Of a DNA stretch of 64,000 nucleotides, positions 1-9,349 are shown piece by piece; within the stretch, counting starts at the first letter, position 1; every line of letters starts with the position of its first letter. The position numbers were made by a program, and so were the translations under genes. The DNA is from a virus (Duplodnaviria; Heunggongvirae; Uroviricota; Caudoviricetes). The notes under the pieces are model-generated. The model was not told the DNA's origin. It saw nothing but the letters and a program-made list of their open reading frames with translations, and ran no database searches. The DNA lies in IMG/VR virus record IMGVR_UViG_3300002834_000024, positions 128,001-192,000 of that record; one strand, 5' to 3'.

Positions 1-947
1 TAATCTGCACGTTCCAATTCTTTCATTTCTTTACCACACTTATCACAAATTTCTATATCATTTGTGCCTTTTGGAATACCAGTAAATAATTCGATTGGCA
101 CATACATATTAGGACGTTTGGTTTTATTTTCATATTCTTTGGAAATATTTTCATTAAAGTATTGGGCAACCATATCTTCTTGTTCAACCAATTCAACAAT
201 ATAATGTATTACATAAAATGAACTGAATTTACTTATTCCATTATTAGAGATAATATTGAATTTATGTCTAATATGATTTTTATTTCCCCAAGCATTTTTT
301 GTTGTAAATTCTATGGTATCAAAATCATCAAGTTTATAAATTTTTAGTTTTTTATTAAATACTGTTTCAAGGTCAAATGTTAAATTTCTTTCAATTCTAT
401 CATCTGTTGATGGAATTAAATTCATATACATATCCAATTGAAACCCATCATTAATTTCTTTTAAAACAATTTGTTTACAGAATTTTTCAAATTTGTATTT
501 TGGATAATAAAAATCGTTATGTGTAATATTTAATGGATAATATTGTTTAAATTTAACCCCCTCTTGTTGAATTTCAACATTGTTTTCAATACCAGATGAA
601 ATGGGTTCTGTATTCTGAACCAGTATCACTTTTTTCCCACTTTCTTCAAAAACATTTGGTTTTGTAAAATCTGCAAATCGTTTTTGAATTGCTTTTACTT
701 CCCCATTAGTTTCTTGAATATCATAATTGTAACTTTCTTCCTCAACCCAATAAGTTCTATACCTCAATTGTTTAACTTCTTCAGTAACTTCTTTCTTAAT
801 GAGATCGTTCATTAATTTAGAACCCTGTTCTTTTTGATAAACAATGGAAGTTAATGGAGTTATTTCTAAATTAGATGATGTCAAAACATCACCACCAGAA
901 ATTGCGCCACCAATAACAGTTTTTATTTTATCTGATAGAGAAGACAT
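1..947 (-). CDS. Hypothetical protein, 3'-truncated by the window edge; CxxC near the visible C-terminus
   Basis: Not in the ORF track. ATG at 947 (MSSLSDKIKTVIGG...); the same frame at the window edge reads ...DIEICDKCGKEMKELERAD. Both ends translated by hand; the middle was not checked codon by codon. Confidence 0.75.
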   Translation of the reverse strand, partial: MSSLSDKIKTVIGGAISGGDVLTSSNLEITPLTSIVYQKEQGSKLMNDLIKKEVTEEVKQLRYRTYWVEEESYNYDIQETNGEVKAIQKRFADFTKPNVFEESGKKVILVQNTEPISSGIENNVEIQQEGVKFKQYYPLNITHNDFYYPKYKFEKFCKQIVLKEINDGFQLDMYMNLIPSTDDRIERNLTFDLETVFNKKLKIYKLDDFDTIEFTTKNAWGNKNHIRHKFNIISNNGISKFSSFYVIHYIVELVEQEDMVAQYFNENISKEYENKTKRPNMYVPIELFTGIPKGTNDIEICDKCGKEMKELERAD

Positions 948-949
948 AA

Positions 950-1183
950 TTAATTATCGTATCCTTCAAGTGCAGTAGTCATTATTCGCCTATTCATTTC
1001 TTCCTCATATAATTTATATATGCTACCCATCATTTGAAAATCTTTTGCTTCAAAAGAATCCATCATACCCCTACTCATATCACCCATAAGACGTTCCATT
1101 TTGGAAAAAGAAATCATGGCATGAGTTTTTAAAATGTGAAGGTCTTGGAGTGAAAGACCAGTTAAATCTTTTTGCTTATTCAT
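950..1183 (-). CDS. Small hypothetical protein
   Basis: Track ORF 950..1234; the internal ATG at 1183 (MNKQKDL) is the more plausible start because it avoids overlap with the divergent gene. Confidence 0.6.
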   Translation of the reverse strand: MNKQKDLTGLSLQDLHILKTHAMISFSKMERLMGDMSRGMMDSFEAKDFQMMGSIYKLYEEEMNRRIMTTALEGYDN

Positions 1184-1261
1184 AGTAATATATCTATTTA
1201 AAACTAAAATTAAATGAGAAAAGTAATAATTCAATATTTATCAGAAAATAATGCAAGAAAC

Positions 1262-1269
1262 TATTTATA
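1262..1269 (+). promoter_or_regulatory. Putative phage late-promoter motif TATTTATA
   Basis: 19 nt upstream of ATG 1289; the same octamer precedes several other structural genes. Confidence 0.5.
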
Positions 1270-1288
1270 TAAAAAATTTACTCATAAC

Positions 1289-2080
1289 ATGAATATCGTA
1301 GATCAAATAACTGAAAGGGTTTTATCAAAATTAACCGAAGATACAGCAAATTCTGATGGATGGGCTTCTCAAAAACGTAAGGCATATGATGCTGCAACTT
1401 TTAACAATGCTGTAAAAAGAAAAAGAGATATAAATAACATTCATAAACAAAATAAAAAAACAGCTAATGATGTGAAACAACAAAATACAACGCCAACATC
1501 AAATGTTGATTTTACATCAAAACCATTTAAAGGTATTGTTACAAAAGAATGTGCAGAATCATCCCCAATGGTTGATCCAAACACAAAAATAACAAACAAG
1601 GTTGATATGACTTCACGTCCATATAAAAGAGTTGTAAAAAAGGAAGCCAGAGAAAAACTCATAAAACAGATAACCGAAATTAAATCTACTATTGATAAAA
1701 TTTCTCAATCTGTTCCTCAAAGTGTTCTTGAAGAAGCCAAATATCAAAACTTTATGAAAAAATTAAATGAATACATGAGTATTGATGATTATGGTCAAGG
1801 CGATTATGGCGAATTTATTGTTGATGAAAACCAATCTGGAGATGACATGCTTGATGCTGAAATGAGTCAAATTACTGGTTCACCAACAAGTGATGCTATC
1901 AACAGTATAATGAAACAATCATTATCTGCCATGAGTTCATTATCTGATAATAGTCAATCGCCTGAATTTCAAACAATGAATAATATTTTTATCCAATGTC
2001 AAAAATATAATTCCAACAAAAAATCGGATAGTATTGTTGAAGGTGATAAAGTAGTACCAAATAATTCTATAAAACAATAA
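1289..2080 (+). CDS. Putative internal head/prohead protein
   Basis: Likely start MNIVDQITERVLSKLTE; several (L/I)xE motifs; internal repeat VDFTSKPFKGIVTKE / VDMTSRPYKRVVKKE. Confidence 0.55.
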   Translation: MNIVDQITERVLSKLTEDTANSDGWASQKRKAYDAATFNNAVKRKRDINNIHKQNKKTANDVKQQNTTPTSNVDFTSKPFKGIVTKECAESSPMVDPNTKITNKVDMTSRPYKRVVKKEAREKLIKQITEIKSTIDKISQSVPQSVLEEAKYQNFMKKLNEYMSIDDYGQGDYGEFIVDENQSGDDMLDAEMSQITGSPTSDAINSIMKQSLSAMSSLSDNSQSPEFQTMNNIFIQCQKYNSNKKSDSIVEGDKVVPNNSIKQ

Positions 2081-2083
2081 CTT

Positions 2084-2860
2084 ATGAAAATCAAAAGTTT
2101 TTATGCTTTGAATAATAAATTCAATGAACATTTAATTTCATTATATGAAGATGACAAACAAAGGGTTGTTATTGGACAATATATGAAATTAATCAAAGAA
2201 AATAAAATATTGAAAGAACAATATAATTTGTTTGGTCAATTAGAAGAAGGTGTGGATAAAAATATTAAAGAAAATATTTCATTTGCTCATGAATATATAA
2301 ATGAACTTTTAAACCCTTTTAAAAAGTATTCAAAAAAAGAATTTAATGAAGCAAATGAAAAATTATTCAATTTTTTGAAAGAAAATAATTTGATAGATGA
2401 AGAAAATATTATCAATAAAAATAAACTTTCATCATTAATTGAAAGTATCATCTATGAAAATTCGGAATGTGGATTAAATACATCAAAAAAATTTGAAGTA
2501 ATTACTGAATTAAAGGTTAAGTTAGAACAAGAACAAATTGTTGAAGAAAAAACCATTGAAGAAAAAATAAAAGATTTTAATGAAAAATATAATGGTACAT
2601 TAACAAACGAAGAAATGGATATTGTAAAAAGTCTTATGACTTATGGAGGAGAAAGTGATAAACCAAAAGTTTTAAGAGAATATCAAAAAAATGTATTAAA
2701 TAAATTAAATACTCTTATCAAAGAAGCATCCGATATTGAATTAAAAGAAAAGTTTCTTCAACTAAAAGAACAAGTTTTGTTTGATGATGAAACAGTACAA
2801 TTATTTGAAATAAACAAATTGATAACCGAAATAACCGAAAAAGAAGATGCCACAAAGTGA
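2084..2860 (+). CDS. Helical E/K-rich protein, possible prohead core component
   Basis: 258-aa ORF, coiled-coil-like composition, many LxE/IxE motifs. Confidence 0.5.
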   Translation: MKIKSFYALNNKFNEHLISLYEDDKQRVVIGQYMKLIKENKILKEQYNLFGQLEEGVDKNIKENISFAHEYINELLNPFKKYSKKEFNEANEKLFNFLKENNLIDEENIINKNKLSSLIESIIYENSECGLNTSKKFEVITELKVKLEQEQIVEEKTIEEKIKDFNEKYNGTLTNEEMDIVKSLMTYGGESDKPKVLREYQKNVLNKLNTLIKEASDIELKEKFLQLKEQVLFDDETVQLFEINKLITEITEKEDATK

Positions 2861-3677
2861 TTTCTATAAAGACCATGGTATTAGTGTTAGGGGCGTTGCT
2901 GATGCAATGAGACAAAATGGACAATTACCAGATTTATCTCAAAGAAAAAGAGTAAATAAACAAGATAAATCAATTCCAGTTGAAAAACCATCATTAATTC
3001 AAAAGAGAATTGATTCATATAATGAAAAATTCTCTGGTAGAGAATTAGATATACAATATAAAGATGGGGATAAACCAAAAGATTTTATACTGATATGGGA
3101 TAAATTATCACAATCTAAAAACCCACAAACATCTTATTTATTTTTTATCAAAGCATCTTCACAGGATATAAATGAACCTGTTTTTGTAATAATTGATACA
3201 AGAGTTAAAAATAAATGGTCTATAAGAAGTGGTAGTATTAATGGTGCAGATATAACACCATCTGAAAACATAAGAAGTGAATTATTATATTCATTAACTA
3301 ATAATCTTGCCTCATTAAGAGCGCAAAAATTTGAATCAAAAGGTATGGAAACAAAAAGATATAAGATAACTGAAAATAAAACGGGTAAAAAATTTGCTGT
3401 TAGTGCATTAAATGAAGAAGAAGCAAAGGAAAAGGTAAAAAAGTTTTTAAATGAAGGTAGTAATACTTCGGAATATGATTACTGGATACAGAACAGATTA
3501 CAAGTTCAAAAAAATAGAATAGGTCAAATTTTAAATTATATTGACAAAATTGAAAATGAAAGAGAAATGTATACTTGGCCAGATATATTAAGGATGATTA
3601 ATGGGTGTAGAGAATTAATTCAAAAAACAGATGAGACTTTTCAAAACTTAGTTCAAGAAATTGTTAATTTAGACTAA
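2847..3677 (+). CDS. Hypothetical protein, possibly head-packaged
   Basis: 276-aa ORF with internal KRYKITE...KVKKFLNE segment. Confidence 0.5.
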   Translation: MPQSDFYKDHGISVRGVADAMRQNGQLPDLSQRKRVNKQDKSIPVEKPSLIQKRIDSYNEKFSGRELDIQYKDGDKPKDFILIWDKLSQSKNPQTSYLFFIKASSQDINEPVFVIIDTRVKNKWSIRSGSINGADITPSENIRSELLYSLTNNLASLRAQKFESKGMETKRYKITENKTGKKFAVSALNEEEAKEKVKKFLNEGSNTSEYDYWIQNRLQVQKNRIGQILNYIDKIENEREMYTWPDILRMINGCRELIQKTDETFQNLVQEIVNLD

Positions 3678-3698
3678 TAAAATAAGAATAAAAAATTC

Positions 3699-3744
3699 AA
3701 AATGCTCATTGCCGAATGTAAATGGCAATGAGCATTTTTTTTTT
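3699..3744. terminator. Intrinsic terminator between convergent genes, probably bidirectional
   Basis: 15-bp perfect inverted repeat AAAATGCTCATTGCC / GGCAATGAGCATTTT followed by a T run and preceded by an A-rich tract. Confidence 0.85.
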
Positions 3745-3760
3745 AAAATAATATGTAATT

Positions 3761-4387
3761 TTACATGTTATTCCACATTTTTGATAACCCCATTTTATAG
3801 CACATCCAAAAAGAATAAAATGCGGGTGAATTTTTTTCAATACCATTAATAATAAATCCAGTTCTATTCTCTGGACATATAAAACCAATATTGGGTGATT
3901 TTTCTGTCAAATGTTTTATAATACTTAAATTATTTAACATTTGAGTTGGTTGAAGCATAATAAAGGGTTTATCTAACTTAAAAAGTCTATTAAATAAATC
4001 GGTTCTCCCATAAGATTTATCTCCTATTTTATGTCTACTGAATGGCGGATTACTAATTATAATATCACAATCAACTTCCATTTCATAAAAATTTTCACTA
4101 TTTTCAAAATGTGTATAAATCAAATTTTTAAAACCATTGTTTTTAAATGCTAAATATATATTACTATCTTCACAATCAAATGGAAACCAAATTTTTTCAT
4201 CATGTTCAATTAATGGATAATTCAAAAGATATTGAACAAGGTTATTAGCAGTTTTATATGTAGTATAACATTCATTTGCATTATTATCTCCTTTTCCCAT
4301 AGCAATATAAATTTTACTATTACTTGGTACATTGTAGTTGATTTTGGAAAAATCTCTTTTTTCTGTTTTTATGTCAGATTGTTTCAT
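3761..4387 (-). CDS. Orphan DNA amino-methyltransferase (likely N6-adenine)
   Basis: IWFPFDCEDS (motif I-like) and catalytic ISNPPFS motif. Confidence 0.8.
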   Translation of the reverse strand: MKQSDIKTEKRDFSKINYNVPSNSKIYIAMGKGDNNANECYTTYKTANNLVQYLLNYPLIEHDEKIWFPFDCEDSNIYLAFKNNGFKNLIYTHFENSENFYEMEVDCDIIISNPPFSRHKIGDKSYGRTDLFNRLFKLDKPFIMLQPTQMLNNLSIIKHLTEKSPNIGFICPENRTGFIINGIEKNSPAFYSFWMCYKMGLSKMWNNM

Positions 4388-5514
4388 TTATTATATGAAT
4401 TTTTAGCATTTTCAGATAATCGTATAATATCAACACCACCTATGAAATCAGTTATATCTCTTTTACCTGTATATGCCATAGCAGATTTAAGGTAATCTAT
4501 AAAATTTTCGACCCATTGAGCTATGGTATACTTAATTTCAATTTTTTCAACTTTTCCTTCTGCGGTTTTAAGTCTTGGAACACAAAAATCCTGTTGTCCT
4601 CTTTTTGATGCCATGCCATAAAACTCTTTTGTAAGAGTTAGAATATAATTATATTTATCATCAGTAAATGGATAACCTTTATCAGCACCATCATAATTAT
4701 ATTGATATAAAATATATCGTGGTGAACCATTATTAGCATCAGCAATAATTTCACCAGGTGTTTCAAGCATTTGTGCAAACAATTTTCCACACATTACATA
4801 ATCTGCGCCAAGTGCAAGTGCTTTTATAATATCTGAATATCCCCTTGCACAACCATCAGCAACAATCTTTGTAATGATTGGTAATCCGACTAATTCTTTT
4901 CCGACTAATTCTTTTTTAAACTCATATATTTCTGATATTAAAGAGGCTGCTGGATAAAAAACACCTGTATTACTTGATGTTAAACAACCACTTCCGCCAC
5001 CAATCCCAACCCGAACATAATCAATATTATTTTTACAACAATAATAATATGTGTCAGGATTAGCAATATTACCAATCATTATGGTAGTAGCATTATTTTG
5101 TTTCTTAATATCTTTTACTAAATCATAAAGAATATCCATATGACCATTAGCAACATCAATTAAAACTTTGGAATTAAAAGATATTCCAAATATGTTTTTA
5201 CTTAATAATGTGTTAATATCAGATAAACCAAAAGCGCACCAATAACCCATTTTTAAATTATCTATTCTTTTATTTAAACAGATATTTCGTGGTAAAATTG
5301 GTTCAATATTGTTTTTTAAAAATATTTCAAGATTTTGTTCTTCAACAACTGTTGACATTGGGGCAGTAAAAAGTGGAAGTGATTTAGTACCCAGTTTTTT
5401 TGATTGATTACTCCCATAATAATATGGATTACATTCACTTCGACTTTTTATATCTGTATTAACACATGGTACAATAGATATATCTTGTAAAGATAATTTT
5501 ACATCACTAAACAT
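4384..5514 (-). CDS. guaC: GMP reductase / IMP dehydrogenase family oxidoreductase
   Basis: APM, IDVANGH, GNIA, catalytic loop RVGIGGGSGCLT, ADG, ALALGADYVMCG, FYGMAS and SAMAYTG motifs; no CBS domains. GuaC versus GuaB is not firmly resolved. Confidence 0.8.
   Translation of the reverse strand: MFSDVKLSLQDISIVPCVNTDIKSRSECNPYYYGSNQSKKLGTKSLPLFTAPMSTVVEEQNLEIFLKNNIEPILPRNICLNKRIDNLKMGYWCAFGLSDINTLLSKNIFGISFNSKVLIDVANGHMDILYDLVKDIKKQNNATTIMIGNIANPDTYYYCCKNNIDYVRVGIGGGSGCLTSSNTGVFYPAASLISEIYEFKKELVGKELVGLPIITKIVADGCARGYSDIIKALALGADYVMCGKLFAQMLETPGEIIADANNGSPRYILYQYNYDGADKGYPFTDDKYNYILTLTKEFYGMASKRGQQDFCVPRLKTAEGKVEKIEIKYTIAQWVENFIDYLKSAMAYTGKRDITDFIGGVDIIRLSENAKNSYNK
4886..4915. repeat. Perfect 15-bp tandem duplication inside the guaC-like gene (KELVG-KELVG)
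   Basis: CCGACTAATTCTTTT occurs twice in tandem. Confidence 0.9.
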
Positions 5515-5525
5515 TATATTATATT

Positions 5526-6119
5526 TTAGTTAAAACCTGTATGACCAAATCCGCCAACACCTCTTTCGGTATCTGTATTAACTTCTTCAACTTCTAAAAG
5601 TTCAATCTTTGATTCATCTATTACTGGACAAACAACAAATTGTGCTATTCTATCACCATTAGTTATATCTTTGATTTTTTGGGATAAATTAGTTAAAATT
5701 ACACAAATTTCTCCACGATATTCAGCATCAATTGTTCCAGGTGAATTAGTTACAATTATTTGGTTTTTAACTGCCATACCTGAACGAGTTCTAACTTGTC
5801 CCTCATAACCATGAGGTATTTTCATATATAAACCAGTATTAAACATTTTAGTTTCCCCAGGATAAATTTGGATTATTCTATTTTCAACACCTTCAATAAA
5901 TGCACGTAAATCAAAACCACTATCAAAAGCATTTGCATATTGTGGAAACGGATTATCTGATTTATTATTAATTTCTAAAACTAATTTATGTTCAACTTTT
6001 TTTAATTCCTTAACATTCGCAGGGTTTAATTGTGCTTCTTGATTATAAAAAGCCATTTGTTGTCCTGTAGGTCTAACCCATCTTCTACCTTCACCAGGAT
6101 TAAAAGTTACTTCACTCAT
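5526..6119 (-). CDS. dut: Trimeric dUTPase
   Basis: Motifs SGFDL, RSG, GTIDAEYRGEI, GDRIAQ and RGVGGFGHTG. Confidence 0.95.
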   Translation of the reverse strand: MSEVTFNPGEGRRWVRPTGQQMAFYNQEAQLNPANVKELKKVEHKLVLEINNKSDNPFPQYANAFDSGFDLRAFIEGVENRIIQIYPGETKMFNTGLYMKIPHGYEGQVRTRSGMAVKNQIIVTNSPGTIDAEYRGEICVILTNLSQKIKDITNGDRIAQFVVCPVIDESKIELLEVEEVNTDTERGVGGFGHTGFN

Positions 6120-6121
6120 AT

Positions 6122-6715
6122 TTAAAACATATTATTATTTTTTATTGAAACTTTTGCAAGACTTTTGCTTTCTTCCCACATAAACCGATATGCAGTTCTT
6201 ATTAGAGATGCTAATAACCCAGAAAAATCTTTTATATATTTATCATCATCCAATGAATAGAGATTATCTATTGCCTCATATTCAATTTCATCTAATACTA
6301 TTCCACATTGAGAAAGTATAAATAGGGTTAATTGATTTGTCCGTAATGCAGAATGTCTGTCAGTATAATCCCATAATATTCCTCTATCATTTTTCCATTT
6401 TTCAGTACATGGGGTAAACATTACACCCTTACCAACAGATGCCAATAAACACACTTTTGTAATCTTATTTTTATCTTGTTGCAATTCAGTTGGTAATATA
6501 TCATTAAACCATTTGGCAACTTTTGAAAATCTAAAAGATTTGTCAATCAATGCCCCCTCATAAGCAGCACCAGTATTAAATTGTTCAGATAATGGTGCAT
6601 TTAAAAGTAAATTACCATATTTTGATACAATACAATCAGTTTCAACACCAAGACTATTTAATCCAGTTATCCAATAATGTAAATTTTTAGTTTTTTGTTC
6701 TTCTGTTAATATCAT
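6122..6715 (-). CDS. HD-domain-like protein lacking the metal-binding residues
   Basis: AP...GAAYEGALIDKS...CLLASVGK...GIVLDEIEYEAI resembles phage HD hydrolases (GGLxxHS, LLHDxGK), but the His/Asp ligands are replaced. Confidence 0.55.
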   Translation of the reverse strand: MILTEEQKTKNLHYWITGLNSLGVETDCIVSKYGNLLLNAPLSEQFNTGAAYEGALIDKSFRFSKVAKWFNDILPTELQQDKNKITKVCLLASVGKGVMFTPCTEKWKNDRGILWDYTDRHSALRTNQLTLFILSQCGIVLDEIEYEAIDNLYSLDDDKYIKDFSGLLASLIRTAYRFMWEESKSLAKVSIKNNNMF

Positions 6716-7803
6716 ATAAGAAAACTATTTAGATTGTTAATAAAATCATTTTCATGTTTTTTATCTTGAAATAATACCGATTGTCTATAATATAACGATT
6801 TATCTATAATTGCTCTCATAATAGATTTTTTAGATTTTGGTAATGTATTTGTTTTGATAACATCAATATATTTTCCTCTTGGTGTTAATATTCTTTTAGC
6901 TCGTTCACTTTCATAATCAAAGTTTAACTGATTATACTTATTTTTAACAAGTGGTCTTAAAAGAATATTATAATTTATTATATTATCATTTGCTTCATTA
7001 TACCAAACTCTTTTATATGGTTCATTATCAATATTACCAATATATTTATTATTTGGTAAATATTTTAACAAAAAATCCTTATATTCAGGTGAACATATTT
7101 TATAATCATTTGTAATTATTTTTTCATAATTAACCCATATAGTATCTTCTGGTTTAACTATTGTATCTAAATCGGTATCTTTTACTGTCCCATGTATATC
7201 AAATCCAACTAAAACCAATTGAATATTATTAAAAAAATTAGGTTTTTTTATATACTTGTGAATACCAATTAATTCTTTCATATTTTCTTTATCAAGAACA
7301 TCATTTGGAACAATTCCTATGACTGGTTTATTATTAACACATTCAATTTTAGTTGTATTATTGATGTATAAATTTTCAAATAAAATTGAATTTTTATTTA
7401 GATTTGTTCGTTTTAATTCATTGATAATTTCTGAACTATACGAAATTACATAATTTGAATTTCTTATATTAGAAACTGATAAATTTATATCATCTTTCAA
7501 ATATTTTGGTAAATGCCAAAACTTATCTAAATAAATTATGGATTTCATTCGTTGATTTGTAGATGTAAGATAATTTAATAAATTAATAGCTTTATCTTCA
7601 TATATGCCAATACTATTGTTATAAATCAAATAATCATATTCAGATGCTTTGTTTTTTAAATCATCATATATTTTTGAATAAGTTGTAAAATTATCATTGT
7701 ATATATCAACAGAAAAATTATTTCCAACATATTTTATAAACGGTTGAATAATTTCATTTTTGAAAGACTGATTTCCATCAGTTATAATTAAAAATTTTAT
7801 CAT
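6712..7803 (-). CDS. Glycosyltransferase-like (GT-B fold) protein, divergent
   Basis: YLDKFWHLP, VISYS, VIGIV, LVLVGFD and ILLRPLVKNKYN segments resemble phage GT4-type proteins; C-terminal nucleotide-sugar motif is poorly conserved. Confidence 0.5.
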   Translation of the reverse strand: MIKFLIITDGNQSFKNEIIQPFIKYVGNNFSVDIYNDNFTTYSKIYDDLKNKASEYDYLIYNNSIGIYEDKAINLLNYLTSTNQRMKSIIYLDKFWHLPKYLKDDINLSVSNIRNSNYVISYSSEIINELKRTNLNKNSILFENLYINNTTKIECVNNKPVIGIVPNDVLDKENMKELIGIHKYIKKPNFFNNIQLVLVGFDIHGTVKDTDLDTIVKPEDTIWVNYEKIITNDYKICSPEYKDFLLKYLPNNKYIGNIDNEPYKRVWYNEANDNIINYNILLRPLVKNKYNQLNFDYESERAKRILTPRGKYIDVIKTNTLPKSKKSIMRAIIDKSLYYRQSVLFQDKKHENDFINNLNSFLI

Positions 7804-7814
7804 CTTTTTATTTT

Positions 7815-7846
7815 CAATTATATTAACTTATATATTTAAAACCAAA
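7815..7846 (-). promoter_or_regulatory. Bacteroidota sigma-A-like promoter
   Basis: Minus strand TTTG-N20-TATAATTG ending 11 nt upstream of ATG 7803 (host consensus TTTG...TAnnTTTG, one mismatch). Confidence 0.55.
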
Positions 7847-8014
7847 TATTTCTTTTCTACATCTATAACAAATGGTATTAAATGATATATTTAATATTCT
7901 TGCACATTCGTTTGCAGAATCATAAATGTTTTCGTTATATAAAACCCTTTTAGTATTTGGAGGTATTTTTCCTTTTAGTTTTAAACTTAAAATACACCAA
8001 ATAAACAGTCTATG
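7823..8014 (-). pseudogene. Homing-endonuclease remnant (NUMOD3-like tail plus NUMOD1/HTH DNA-binding domain)
   Basis: Frame without ATG right after the thyA stop: HRLFIWCILSLKLKGKIPPNTKRVLYNENIYDSANECARILNISFNTICYRCRKEIFGFKYIS*. Confidence 0.65.
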
Positions 8015-9028
8015 TTACCATTTTAACTCGTAATCGTCTAATTTCAACCCTGTCTGCAATGTCATTTTAATAGTGGGTTGTGGGTTATAATCTTTAAATT
8101 CAAAATCTTCAAAAGTTAATTTATTAAAAATTGTATCAAGTAAATCAGGCGAATAACCGCTTTTTATACCAAGTTCAATAAATTTACTAATTTTTTCAGT
8201 ATTAATAAAAAGATTTGGTTTATTAGTTGGAGTTCTTGATAATTGTTCCAAACAACTATCAACATAATTTTCATAAATATGAACACTACCACCAGTCCAT
8301 ATTAATATTCCAGGTTTTAAACCAGTTAATTCACATAAAATATGAGTAAGAATACCATAACTTGCAATATTAAATGGTACGCCGATCCCAAAATCACACG
8401 AGCGTTGAAACATGAATAAGTCTAAATATTTACCATATCGAACATTTGTTTGAAAAAGAACATGACAACTTGGTAATGCTGCATCACCTGTTTTTATAAT
8501 GGTTGGATTCCAAGAAGAAACAATTGAATAACGACTATTAGGTGTTTTGATAAGGGAATTTACTGTATTACAAATTTGATCAACCACTATTTCTTCCCCA
8601 TTTTTTTTATTTATAAATCCATCACCCCATGTTCTCCAATGATAACCATAAATTCTACCGCCATAATAATTTTCTTTATTTGGAAAATGAAAGTTATCAT
8701 TTATTGCATCAACCCAATCTGCATATGATAAAATATTTTCGCCTTTATTTTTTCTTACATAGAATTGGTAACAATCTTCATTCCAAATATTGATATTATC
8801 TTTAATCAATTCGTCAACATAAGTTGAACCACGAAGAAACCATAAAAGTTCACCAATTACACCTTTAGTATAAACTTTTTTAGTTGTTAATAATGGAAAA
8901 CCATCTTGAAGATTAAATTTTAAACTTTCGCTAAATAATTCTTTTGTTCTTGGAAGTAAACCTCTGGCTGCATCTTTTATATCACCTTCTTCCAATATTT
9001 TTTTCATTAAGTCAAGATAGACTTGCAT
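8015..9028 (-). CDS. thyA: Thymidylate synthase
   Basis: FPLLTTKKV, ELLWFLRG, YGYHWR, catalytic ALPSCH, QRSCD, GVPFNIASY and HIYENY motifs. Confidence 0.97.
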   Translation of the reverse strand: MQVYLDLMKKILEEGDIKDAARGLLPRTKELFSESLKFNLQDGFPLLTTKKVYTKGVIGELLWFLRGSTYVDELIKDNINIWNEDCYQFYVRKNKGENILSYADWVDAINDNFHFPNKENYYGGRIYGYHWRTWGDGFINKKNGEEIVVDQICNTVNSLIKTPNSRYSIVSSWNPTIIKTGDAALPSCHVLFQTNVRYGKYLDLFMFQRSCDFGIGVPFNIASYGILTHILCELTGLKPGILIWTGGSVHIYENYVDSCLEQLSRTPTNKPNLFINTEKISKFIELGIKSGYSPDLLDTIFNKLTFEDFEFKDYNPQPTIKMTLQTGLKLDDYELKW

Positions 9029-9049
9029 ATTTTTTTTGTATTATTAATC

Positions 9050-9081
9050 CAATAATACTTTTTAATTATTCATAAAACAAA
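9050..9081 (-). promoter_or_regulatory. Bacteroidota sigma-A-like promoter for thyA
   Basis: Minus strand TTTG-N20-TATTATTG ending 21 nt upstream of the thyA ATG. Confidence 0.6.
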
Positions 9082-9105
9082 AAAGTTAATTTTTTTTTTA
9101 ATCCT

Positions 9106-9125
9106 CACGCACGCACGTGCGCATA
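9106..9125. other. GC-rich alternating pyrimidine-purine tract with palindrome, in the divergent intergenic region
   Basis: CACGCACGCACGTGCGCATA; contains the perfect palindrome CGCACGTGCG at 9112-9121. Confidence 0.7.
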
Positions 9126-9320
9126 AAATATTTTAATATTTTTTTCTAGTTCTAAGTATACTAATATTATTAAATATTATTTTATATATTGGTCCGGTCC
9201 AAATATAGAAAAAAAATATAATAAAAATAAATAAAAAATAAGTTATTACTACAGAAGGAAAATTTTTGAAATTGAAAAATTGAGATTTTTCTTTATATTC
9301 AAACAAAAACAAAATTGAAT

Positions 9321-9328
9321 TATTTATA
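9321..9328 (+). promoter_or_regulatory. Putative late-promoter motif TATTTATA
   Basis: 21 nt upstream of the baseplate gene start at 9350. Confidence 0.5.
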
Positions 9329-9349
9329 TACAAAGATATTCAAAAATAG

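Noticed and set aside
9133-9333. 66-aa hydrophobic minus-strand ORF
   Set aside because: Low-complexity F/I/Y/N translation of an AT-rich regulatory region.
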